A stretch of DNA of 64,000 bases from Planctomycetota bacterium (GTDB lineage: Bacteria; Planctomycetota; UBA8108; SXIK01): NCBI GenBank assembly GCA_965223265.1, contig OZ244999.1, positions 4,896,001 to 4,960,000 of the forward strand, in the 5' to 3' direction. Each line of letters begins with the position of its first letter. Position 1 is the first letter of the stretch. Shown piece after piece: positions 1 through 8,345 of this stretch. The translations under genes and the position numbers were made by a program. The notes beneath the pieces were generated by a model. The model worked only from the letters and a program-made list of their open reading frames with translations. It did not search any database and was not told the origin of the DNA.

Positions 1-565
1 GGCCGGCGACGAGAAGACGACCGTTGAGATAGGCCATGTCCGTGACCGCCAGCACCCGCAGCGGTCGCCCACGCCGCTCCGCACCCGGTGCAGGCGGGTC
101 CGGGATCTCGACCTTGCTGTAAAGAACACCGTCAAGCGACAGGGCGTGAAGTTTCGATTCTCGGTCGACCTTGAGAAGGATTGGCTGTGCGTTCGGACCG
201 GTTCCCCGCGACACCGAGAGGTAGGCACTCCCTGACAGCGGGTTGACGATCATATCGTTGAAAAGCAATTTGTCGGACGTTGTCCCAAGGAGCGCAGCCA
301 CCTTTTCGTCGAGCTTCTCTACCTTGACCGCGCCGTGCGCGCGGGCGGGCCCTCGGTCGTCCGTGGCGAGGGCGAAGATGGCCGCGCCTTGTGGGTCGGC
401 GACGAAAAGGACGGCCTCAGGGCCGAACGCGAGCGTTCCCGCGGATTTCAGGTCGGGTTTCCCATGCTTCATGCCGGAGGTAGCGTCTGCAGACGTGGAG
501 GAAGTGACCACGACCGCCGAGAGAAGGGCCGCTGCGAACAAGAGGGATCGCGTACTGGTAGGCAT
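1..565 (-). CDS. Secreted hypothetical protein, probable beta-propeller (runs off window start)
   Basis: Not in ORF track. Read manually from ATG at 565 (GAGGA RBS upstream): MPTSTRSLLFAAALLSAVVVTSSTSADATSGMKHGKPDLKSAGTLAFGPEAVLFVADPQGAAIFALAT..., open to position 1; signal-peptide-like N-terminus. Confidence 0.8.
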   Translation of the reverse strand, partial: MPTSTRSLLFAAALLSAVVVTSSTSADATSGMKHGKPDLKSAGTLAFGPEAVLFVADPQGAAIFALATDDRGPARAHGAVKVEKLDEKVAALLGTTSDKLLFNDMIVNPLSGSAYLSVSRGTGPNAQPILLKVDRESKLHALSLDGVLYSKVEIPDPPAPGAERRGRPLRVLAVTDMAYLNGRLLVAG

Positions 566-689
566 CGTAAGTTCCTCGAACCGGACAGGTTGGGAAGTCC
601 GTTGTGACTCGTAACACCACCGGCATGTTGCCGCAGCGCACACGCAGAGACAAGCCGAACTTGGCGACGTAGAGCTCAAATAAATATAC

Positions 690-718
690 TTGACTGATCG
701 GTCAACTAAGGCTAAACT
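690..718 (+). promoter_or_regulatory. Sigma70 promoter of tetR overlapped by palindromic TetR (NemR-type) operator
   Basis: TTGACT(690-695)-17 nt-TAAACT(713-718); palindrome TTGACTGATCGGTCAA at 690-705. Confidence 0.75.
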
Positions 719-803
719 CTGAAGGTGCTCGTGCGAGTCGGACACGTCGCCAGCCGACCGATCCGCCGCGAGTGCCAGCGAACCTTCGATAGGAGATTTG
801 ACG

Positions 804-1391
804 ATGCCGCGCTTCCGAGAGTTCGACCTCGACACCGCGCTCGACGCCGCCATGGAGCGGTTCTGGCAACGCGGTTACGAGGCGACGTCGATGGCGGACC
901 TCCTCGAGGCGATCGGCATCCACAAAGGAAGCCTCTACAAGGCCTTCGGCGACAAGCACTCGCTCTACCTGGCGGCGCTCGAGCGCTACCTTGAGCAGAG
1001 CCGTGGAGATCTGAGCGCGGCGTTCACGTCAGCGCCGTCGGCTCGCGAGGCTCTCGGTTGCTGGCTCCGCGAGGTCGCCGAACGGTGCGTCTGTCAGCAG
1101 GCCGCGGCGCGTGGCTGTTTCGCAGTCAACGCAGTGGTCGAGTTGGCGCCACACGACGAAGAGGTCCGCCACGTGCTGCGCCAACACACTGTGGCCGTCG
1201 AGAAGCTCGTAGCGAACACGATCCAACGTGGGCAAGAACGGGGAGAATTCTCCCATCAGCAAAACCCGATACAAATGGCACGATTCCTCGCGACGTTCGT
1301 CTTCGGTCTCAGCGTCCGAGCCAAGGTCGCGCCGCTAAAGCAAAAGGAAGTGAACCAATTGGTTGCGGCGGCGCTTTCATCCCTCTCTTGA
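804..1391 (+). CDS. TetR/AcrR family regulator, NemR/ComR-like
   Basis: HTH ALDAAMERFWQRGYEATSMADLLEAIGIHKGSLYKAFGDK; C-terminal RGCFAVN with four Cys; AGGAG RBS at 791. Confidence 0.92.
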   Translation: MPRFREFDLDTALDAAMERFWQRGYEATSMADLLEAIGIHKGSLYKAFGDKHSLYLAALERYLEQSRGDLSAAFTSAPSAREALGCWLREVAERCVCQQAAARGCFAVNAVVELAPHDEEVRHVLRQHTVAVEKLVANTIQRGQERGEFSHQQNPIQMARFLATFVFGLSVRAKVAPLKQKEVNQLVAAALSSLS

Positions 1392-1431
1392 CGTTAAGTT
1401 GTCATGAACGTTCTCTTTTTTTGATTGATAG

Positions 1432-1447
1432 TTGACCGATCGGTCTA
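1432..1447. promoter_or_regulatory. Second TetR operator upstream of thioredoxin
   Basis: TTGACCGATCGGTCTA, near-identical to the 690-705 box and to the NemR box TAGACC-N4-GGTCTA. Confidence 0.75.
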
Positions 1448-1488
1448 ATATTTCAAGAGCTGTCACACCTTAAGGAAAGGAGCTCAGC

Positions 1489-1815
1489 ATGAGCAAAGCA
1501 TCTACGTTTACCGCCGAGAACTTCAACGCCGAAGTCATCGACAGCCCCACCCCCGTATTGGTGGATGCTTTCGCCACGTGGTGCGGCCCATGCCGCGCCC
1601 TCGCCCCTGTGGTGGAGGACCTGGCAACAGAGTTCGACGGCCGCGTCAAGGTCGGCAAGCTCGACATCGATCAAAACCCCGACCTTGCTGCCGCCTACGG
1701 CATCGCCTCGATCCCGACGGTCCTCGTCTTCAAGGGCGGCGACGTCGTCGAGACCATCGTCGGGCTTTACCCAAAGGAGCACTACCAAGCCGTCCTCGAG
1801 GCCGCCGCCGCGTGA
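1489..1815 (+). CDS. trxA: Thioredoxin
   Basis: WCGPC active site, SIPT cis-Pro motif, 108 aa, GGAG RBS. Confidence 0.95.
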   Translation: MSKASTFTAENFNAEVIDSPTPVLVDAFATWCGPCRALAPVVEDLATEFDGRVKVGKLDIDQNPDLAAAYGIASIPTVLVFKGGDVVETIVGLYPKEHYQAVLEAAAA

Positions 1816-1847
1816 AGTCTTCTGACGCAGTAGGCGTGTGAAGCGTG

Positions 1848-1877
1848 GAGCCCCCACCGAGAGCGGTGGGGGCTCTT
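1848..1877 (+). terminator. Stem-loop after trxA, probable intrinsic terminator
   Basis: GAGCCCCCACCG-AGAG-CGGTGGGGGCTC perfect 12-bp stem; weak U tract. Confidence 0.6.
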
Positions 1878-2000
1878 GCGTCACTCTTCGCATGAGGTTG
1901 CTCGGAGGCGGAGGCAGAGGCAGAAGCCCTACAGTTGCATAATTTTTCGCAGGAAGGGCTCAGAAACCCTTTCCCTGAGGTTCGATCGGCAGTTGAAGGA

Positions 2001-2048
2001 CGTCGCGGCGGACTTCACGTTTGGTGAGGTTTGCTGGTGTGTCGTGTT
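2001..2048 (+). repeat. Dispersed ~48-bp element, second copy at 34816-34862
   Basis: CGTCGCGGC..TCACGTTTGGTGAGGTTTGCTGGTGTGTCGTGT versus CGTCGCGGC..TCACGTTTGGTGAGGTTTGCCGGTGTGCCGTGT. Confidence 0.8.
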
Positions 2049-2054
2049 CCCCCT

Positions 2055-2201
2055 CGCACGCCCACGCCCACGCACACGCACACGCACACGCACACGCACA
2101 CGCACACGGTCACGCACACGCACACGGTCACGGTCACGAACACGGTCACGAACACGGTCACGCACACGGTCACGGTCACGGTCACGGTCACGGCCCACGC
2201 C
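2055..2201. repeat. Compound hexamer microsatellite (CCCACG/CACACG/GTCACG variants)
   Basis: Period-6 tract of about 24 units, directly visible. Confidence 0.95.
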
Positions 2202-2685
2202 CTCGCAATCGCGCACGGTCTTGAGGCGCGCCTCTTTTGCAACGTTGGAGGCAGAGTCGGATCGATCACACTCGCACATTGAGCGACACCTCCAAGTCGT
2301 CGCGAGTGAGCGCGGTTGGGGGGTCTCGATTCCGGCTCAGATCGACCGTGAATCGACGTGAATCGCGGAAGCCTTCAAGCCCCGGGCCAGTCGATCGAGG
2401 CCGATAGACTCTGCAAGCGACGAGTCACGTCACCCCGACATTCTACGAACGACTCGTGCCAAGTTGCGCGGCACTGTTTTTCGATCGTCGCCAACACGAG
2501 GAATCGTCGCGTAAAATGAAACCGGAAGTCGTAGGACCGAGCACGCCAAAAAAACGGACGGGAGCGGGCAAGAAGAGGGAGGCCCAACGTCACGAGTTCG
2601 ACGCGCTCGAATCAGACGTTAAGTTAAGTGTCTTGCACTCGTTTCAAGGCACCAAAGCGAATCGGGCAACTTGAAGGCGGGCCTT

Positions 2686-5600
2686 ATGTCACGTGCACGC
2701 GCGCTCTCTCCTTCCGCGGTGACGTACGTCGCGATCGTCATCGTCGCAGTCAACTTTCTCTCGCGTGAGAACGCTCAGGCGGGCGCGAACGACTGTCCTG
2801 GCGTCTGGGACTTCTACGCCGTCGGCTTCAGCGCCGACACCATCACGGCGATTGTTGCGGCGCCCGACGGCCGACTTTTCGTCGGGCTCCGGGAAGAAGG
2901 TTTGCGCATCTACGCGCCTGGGCCAGACGGTGTCTACAGCTGGACGTTCGTCAACGCGTCCCTCTTCGGTCTGGCGAGTGACTTCATTCGCGACCTCGCG
3001 ATTTTTCTCGACGAGCTGTGGGTGGCGACCCCCAACGCCGGCATCAGCGTGATGAATTTGACCACCGGTGCGTGGAGCAGAATGAATACCTCGAATTCCG
3101 ATCTTCCCAGCAACGACGTCCGCCGACTCACGGTCGTGCCGCCGCTGCCGACAGACCCAAACCCGCTCGCGACGGACTGGTCGGTTTGGGCAAGCACGGG
3201 CAATGGCGCGGCTCGGTATCGCTTCGCCGTCCTTCCCTCCTTCGGCTGGGACTGGGTTGTGACGAGCACGCTCAACGGTCTCCCGAGCAACTCCGTGCGC
3301 GACATCGCCGTGAGCTACAGTCGGGTGGAAGATAGGAACTACACTTGGTTCGCAACCGACGACGGCGTCGTGCGCGCTTCCGGCGGTAGCCCCGTGGGAA
3401 TCGCCACCTTCGGCGACTGTCGGGTCGACTCGGCGAACCGCTTCGCCGTCGATACAGACGGCGATGTCTGGATCAACTCGCTGCGCGAAGTGCCGGCTCT
3501 CCATGGACCGAACGGCGCCGGCGGCGGCACACCGCTTGTACCTTGGGGCGTCTGCCAGGTCTCGGGGCCCAATCGCCTGGGTACGTTCTTCTACACTCAA
3601 TGGAGCGATCGCCGTGGCCAAGACATGAGTGTCGACCCTGCCGGTCGCGTCTGGTTTGCCGACCCGATACTCGACAACCTCGGGGAAGGCGCGCTCCACG
3701 ACGATGGTCGCTTCTGCGTCTTCGAGCCAGACCTCGACCCGATCGCCGACTTTCCAAGCGCCGTGCACGCGCTCGGGGAACGCACCTGGTTCGGCCACCA
3801 GGGAGCAACCCTTCTCTCGACCTACACACCGAATTGGGAACGCCACGAAGACTTCGCATCCAATCCCCAGGCGATGCTTCTCACACCGGACCGTGCCTAC
3901 GTCGGCTTCGGCGGTGCGTTCGCCTATCGCGGCAGACTTCCCGGCGATCCGTCCGTGTGGACTAACGTCAATCTTCCGGCGTTATCGTCAGTGACGGCAT
4001 TCGTTTTCTCGGAGGACGATCCTCTACCGCTCTGGGTGTCAACATCGATCGAGGGGATCTTCAACGTCGACCCTGACACTGGGATTGTCGAGACGCACAC
4101 AACCGCCGATGGCCTGCCATCGAATCGCGTCACGTCGATGGTGAGCGACAGCCGCGATCGCATCTGGGCTGGGACACGGAGCGGGCTGGCGCTGCGAGCG
4201 AACGGCTACTGGCTGCCATTGACTACGAGTACCTCTCCGCTCGTCAGCGACAATGTCCGCGCCCTCACTTTCGACGCCCTGGGACGCCTCTGGATCGGCA
4301 CCGGCGACCTCGGCATCAGCATCTTCGACCCGGCCGCGAAAGCGGACGCCTGGAGCACGCAGTCAATCGAGGATGGACTGCCGTCGCGAAACATCCGCGC
4401 CCTGGCGACTGATCAGGCCGGCTGTGTGTGGGCGGCGACAAGCGACTCCGGCGTCGGACAGTGGATTCCGACGACCGGGGAATGGACGACCCACGACGTT
4501 TCGACTGGCGCGCTTCCGAGCGACGACACGAGGGCTATCACCGCGAGCCCCTTCGGGCGTGGCCGCGGGCGGGTTTGGATCGGAACCGAGCGAGGCTTGG
4601 CACTCTTCCACAATCAGGATTGGACGCATTACCACGTCCCGGGAACGACGCTGGCCACGGATCTGATCCACCGACTGGCTGCAGACGGCGACCAGCTCTG
4701 GGTGGCCGCCGGCGACAGTATCGCCGTGCGCAACAATATCACAGGGCCGCTTGGGAACTTCACGCCGCAGATCTCGTCTTTCGCGCCCATGCAAGGCGCC
4801 CCCCAATCGCTCGTTACCATCTCGGGGAGCTTCTTCGACGACCGTGGCCCTGAGTTCAACACGGTCGTCATCGGCAACGAAGCAGCCGGATCCAATTCGG
4901 AGCCGGCACCGGCAGCCGAGATCGTCTCGGTCACTTCCTCAGAGCTCGTCTTCAGGGTGCCGCGACTCGCCAAGAGTGGCTTGATCTACGTCGAATCGCA
5001 CTGTCTAGGCACGACGAGCGCGGTTCCGTTCACCGTCGCACCCACAATCACGAGGCTGGTACCAGATTGCGTCACCACCGGCACGTTCCTCGAGATCCGC
5101 GGCGGCGGGTTTTCTTCCGCCGGTCTCTCGGAAGTGAAGATCGGTAGCGGCGACTGGCGCGCGGTCCAGATCGGCGCCGAGAGTCAGTCACCAGGAGTCA
5201 TTCGCGTGCGCATCCAGGCAGGCGACACGAGCGGCTTCGTCCGCGTCCGCAGCCTCTCGGGCGGCCCGGAGGCGGTGAGCCCGGACCCACTGCAAATCGG
5301 GACGCTCTCGCTCAATCGAGTCGAAGTGCAGCAGGGCATCCAAGGCCTCCCGCTCATCTGGGGTAAGCGCACGCACGTTCGCGTTGTCCTCGACGCGTCA
5401 GATTGTGACGGCGAAATCACCGGCGGCACGATCTACTGGCGCAAGAAGAACGGGACGCGAGCGCAGGCCGGTTGGGCGTACGCACAGGCCGGGGTTGGCC
5501 TCGCTGTCAAGGTTGATAAGGCGAACGCGGCATCCCTTACCGATGGCATCGACTTCGTCGCCGAGATGGAGTCGACGCGGAGCGGCAACACGGATCTCTT

Positions 5601-8244
5601 TCCGCTCAGCGACTTTGACGGTATGGAAGTCGTTCTCGAAAACAATGGCGTCGAAGTCGCCGAAATCTCCATCTCCAAGGGAAACTTCAACTTCATCGAC
5701 ATCGGCACACCGCTCCACATGCGCGCCATGGCGGTAGCACCGAAGTCAGGTCCGGGAACTCCGAACGACGTCTTCTGGAACAATGCCCTCACCGCGTTTG
5801 GCCACTTCGCGCGCCTCTTCCCGCAGCCGGACATCGGCTGGTTTCACGGTCCGAACGTCTGGATCAGCTACACGCCGATCTTCACGAGCGTCACCTCCGC
5901 CGATCTCGACGATGAAAGCGACGACTACAGCGACATCCGCGACACGGTCGACGATCACCTCGATCCTGGATACGGTCAAATCGCCATGGCGATGATCGAC
6001 GGCATGCTCTACGTCGATGGGCCGAGCGGCAAGGCGCCGTACGGTCCTTTCTTCTTCGGGCAAACGGCGGTCTCGTTCAACCTTCTCCCGAACGACTGGA
6101 ATCCGGCCGATCCAACGACACCAGGCTCGTGGGAGCGCGCTCAGACCGCAGCGACAGTAGCGCAAGAAGCCTGCCATATGATGGGGCTGACGAATGAGGA
6201 CGAAAGCAACCACGACGAGGACAATGAGCACCACTCGCGCTTCGATGAAGGCGAGGACATCGTCGACGGTTGTGCGAAGAATCGGAACCTATCGTTCCGC
6301 GATGCGCTCCTCTCCCAAGTTGGTTTTGAAGCACGTGTCATTCGGCTCGACAGCGGCCCGCCATATTTGCACCCGCTCAGCCCATGCGACGATGAGCGTC
6401 CACGGTCGGTGATGTCCTACGCGGATAACCAACGCGGCGACAACGGCTACCTCGAACCGGCGGAGTACTTGCGGGCCCTCCAATACCTGCAAGATCTCAA
6501 GAATCCGTTTGATTTCATCGGAGTCGGCGGAGGCGGCGGCGTGGATCAAAACACGCCGACCCTTCGGCTCCGAGGGCGGCTGTCAATCTCAGGCGCCGTC
6601 GACATCACAACGTCGTACGTCGATCCGGAGCTGCCGCCGATTTCAGTTCCTGAGCTGGGAAGCGCCTATCGCTTCATCGTGCGCGCGCCAGGCGGTGATG
6701 TCCTCAGCGAGACTCCGTTTCGCGCCGACTTTCACGCCCACGATGCCGAAATCACGTCGACTCGCTTTGGCGTCGAGCTGCCGTTTCCCCCCGAAGCAGC
6801 GAGCGTCGAGCTACGCCGCGACGATGACCTTCTGTGGTCACGGGTGAAGAGCGCCAACGCACCGACTGTGTCGCTCCTAACACCGAATGGCGGCGCCTAC
6901 GACGGCAGCGAGGTCGTCCCAATCAGCTGGCAAGGTAGCGACGTCGACGGCAACACGCTCCAGTATGCCCTCCACTACTCCGGCGACGACGGGGCGACCT
7001 GGGTGCCACTGCCGCAGTATCTGACGGGAACATCGTACGACTGGGAACCTCAGTTCGCCGCACCGAGCACGACAGCGCGGATCCGCGTACGAGTCAGCGA
7101 CGGATTCAACGTTGGTTTCGATGTCTCTGAGAGATTCCGCATCGGAGCCAAAGCACCGATGGTCTTCATCAGAGCGCCGCTGAAAGACCAGATCTTCACC
7201 GAAGGCCAGCGTGTCGATCTCTGCGCCGAGTCGATGACGGCATTCGGGCCGAACGCGGGCACGTTTTCGTGGCGCGTCGACGGCGAGCGTCTCGGGTTCG
7301 GGCGCACCCGAGCCTATATCGCCGACCGCATTGGCGAGCATGTCGTGCAGGCTTCGGTGACTGATCTTTCCGGCCAGGGCGCCAGTGCGGAGGTAGCCAT
7401 CCATGTCGTCGCCGACTACGACGGTGATGGCATTCCGAACGACTGGGAGCTCGAGCACCGTCACAACCCGATCCAGCTCGCCGACGCTGCCGATGACCTC
7501 GACAACGACGGGCTCACGACCCTCGGCGAGTTTCAACGCCAGAGCGATCCGAACAACCCGGACTCCGATGGCGACGGCATCTTGGACGGCGACGAAGCCC
7601 TTCTCGGGACCGATCCGATGGACGCGCTCGACGTGCCGCAGGCCGGCAAGATCCTCTACGTTGGTGCGGAGAACGTCGGTTTCACCGTCGGCGAAGGCCA
7701 GGCCGCCTCCGAGCCAAAATCGTTTTGGGTCACTCACCTCGGCCTCGACGAAGTGGACTGGTCGGTCGAGTCGGACGTGCCATGGCTCGATGCTTCGCCG
7801 CTGAGCGGCACGTCGCCGACAGAAGTCGAGGTCTTCGCCCTCCCCGCCGCACTCGCGAAAGGTGACTACGATGGGCACCTCGTCTTCACCGCCCCCGGGG
7901 CGCAGGGAAGCCCGTGGATGGTGAACGTACACCTGCACGTCGTCGACGCGAGCCAGGTGCCGCAGCCGGAGTTTCGTCGCGGCGACAGTAACGATGATGG
8001 CGGGATCGACATCTCCGACCCGATCGCAACGCTCAACTTCCTCTTCGCCAACGGTGAGACGCCGCCCTGCATCGATGCGGCCGATGCAAACGACGATGGC
8101 GGCGTCGATATCTCAGACGCAATCTTCGAGCTCAACCACCTCTTCACGCAGGGCTCCGAGCCGCCGCCGCCGCCCCACCCGGGCTGCGGGCCTGATCCTA
8201 CTGCGGACAACCAGGGATGCGCATCATCGGTTCAGTGCGGCTAA
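2686..8244 (+). CDS. Large secreted multidomain protein: Reg_prop-type propeller repeats, IPT/TIG, metzincin-like domain, Ig/PKD-like, Ca-binding repeats, BACON-like, C-terminal dockerin-like module
   Basis: Signal peptide; GLPSNxVxxL..D..GRLWIGT repeats; PQISSFAPMQGAPQSLVTISG (IPT); QEACHMMGL...SVMSY; DYDGDGIPNDWE/DSDGDGILDGDE; WSVESDVPWL; FRRGDSNDDGGIDISD tail. Confidence 0.85.
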   Translation: MSRARALSPSAVTYVAIVIVAVNFLSRENAQAGANDCPGVWDFYAVGFSADTITAIVAAPDGRLFVGLREEGLRIYAPGPDGVYSWTFVNASLFGLASDFIRDLAIFLDELWVATPNAGISVMNLTTGAWSRMNTSNSDLPSNDVRRLTVVPPLPTDPNPLATDWSVWASTGNGAARYRFAVLPSFGWDWVVTSTLNGLPSNSVRDIAVSYSRVEDRNYTWFATDDGVVRASGGSPVGIATFGDCRVDSANRFAVDTDGDVWINSLREVPALHGPNGAGGGTPLVPWGVCQVSGPNRLGTFFYTQWSDRRGQDMSVDPAGRVWFADPILDNLGEGALHDDGRFCVFEPDLDPIADFPSAVHALGERTWFGHQGATLLSTYTPNWERHEDFASNPQAMLLTPDRAYVGFGGAFAYRGRLPGDPSVWTNVNLPALSSVTAFVFSEDDPLPLWVSTSIEGIFNVDPDTGIVETHTTADGLPSNRVTSMVSDSRDRIWAGTRSGLALRANGYWLPLTTSTSPLVSDNVRALTFDALGRLWIGTGDLGISIFDPAAKADAWSTQSIEDGLPSRNIRALATDQAGCVWAATSDSGVGQWIPTTGEWTTHDVSTGALPSDDTRAITASPFGRGRGRVWIGTERGLALFHNQDWTHYHVPGTTLATDLIHRLAADGDQLWVAAGDSIAVRNNITGPLGNFTPQISSFAPMQGAPQSLVTISGSFFDDRGPEFNTVVIGNEAAGSNSEPAPAAEIVSVTSSELVFRVPRLAKSGLIYVESHCLGTTSAVPFTVAPTITRLVPDCVTTGTFLEIRGGGFSSAGLSEVKIGSGDWRAVQIGAESQSPGVIRVRIQAGDTSGFVRVRSLSGGPEAVSPDPLQIGTLSLNRVEVQQGIQGLPLIWGKRTHVRVVLDASDCDGEITGGTIYWRKKNGTRAQAGWAYAQAGVGLAVKVDKANAASLTDGIDFVAEMESTRSGNTDLFPLSDFDGMEVVLENNGVEVAEISISKGNFNFIDIGTPLHMRAMAVAPKSGPGTPNDVFWNNALTAFGHFARLFPQPDIGWFHGPNVWISYTPIFTSVTSADLDDESDDYSDIRDTVDDHLDPGYGQIAMAMIDGMLYVDGPSGKAPYGPFFFGQTAVSFNLLPNDWNPADPTTPGSWERAQTAATVAQEACHMMGLTNEDESNHDEDNEHHSRFDEGEDIVDGCAKNRNLSFRDALLSQVGFEARVIRLDSGPPYLHPLSPCDDERPRSVMSYADNQRGDNGYLEPAEYLRALQYLQDLKNPFDFIGVGGGGGVDQNTPTLRLRGRLSISGAVDITTSYVDPELPPISVPELGSAYRFIVRAPGGDVLSETPFRADFHAHDAEITSTRFGVELPFPPEAASVELRRDDDLLWSRVKSANAPTVSLLTPNGGAYDGSEVVPISWQGSDVDGNTLQYALHYSGDDGATWVPLPQYLTGTSYDWEPQFAAPSTTARIRVRVSDGFNVGFDVSERFRIGAKAPMVFIRAPLKDQIFTEGQRVDLCAESMTAFGPNAGTFSWRVDGERLGFGRTRAYIADRIGEHVVQASVTDLSGQGASAEVAIHVVADYDGDGIPNDWELEHRHNPIQLADAADDLDNDGLTTLGEFQRQSDPNNPDSDGDGILDGDEALLGTDPMDALDVPQAGKILYVGAENVGFTVGEGQAASEPKSFWVTHLGLDEVDWSVESDVPWLDASPLSGTSPTEVEVFALPAALAKGDYDGHLVFTAPGAQGSPWMVNVHLHVVDASQVPQPEFRRGDSNDDGGIDISDPIATLNFLFANGETPPCIDAADANDDGGVDISDAIFELNHLFTQGSEPPPPPHPGCGPDPTADNQGCASSVQCG

Positions 8245-8345
8245 TCGCCTGCAACAGTCACATCGCCGAAGTCGCCGAAACGCGGCGCGAGACCGATCGT
8301 TCGCAATTGCCCCACCCGCGTCTGCCGCTGAGTGCGCAGACGACG

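Noticed and set aside
1903-2256. GGAGGCAGAG at ~1910 and ~2247 as a target-site duplication around the 2-kb repeat locus
   Set aside because: Only 10 bp, and the first copy is part of a short GGAGGC/AGAGGC run; chance cannot be excluded
1876-2361. RT/RS-, HA/HG- and VC-repeat ORFs (including a tempting His-rich metal-binding peptide)
   Set aside because: All frames across the microsatellite are open; no evidence favours translation of any
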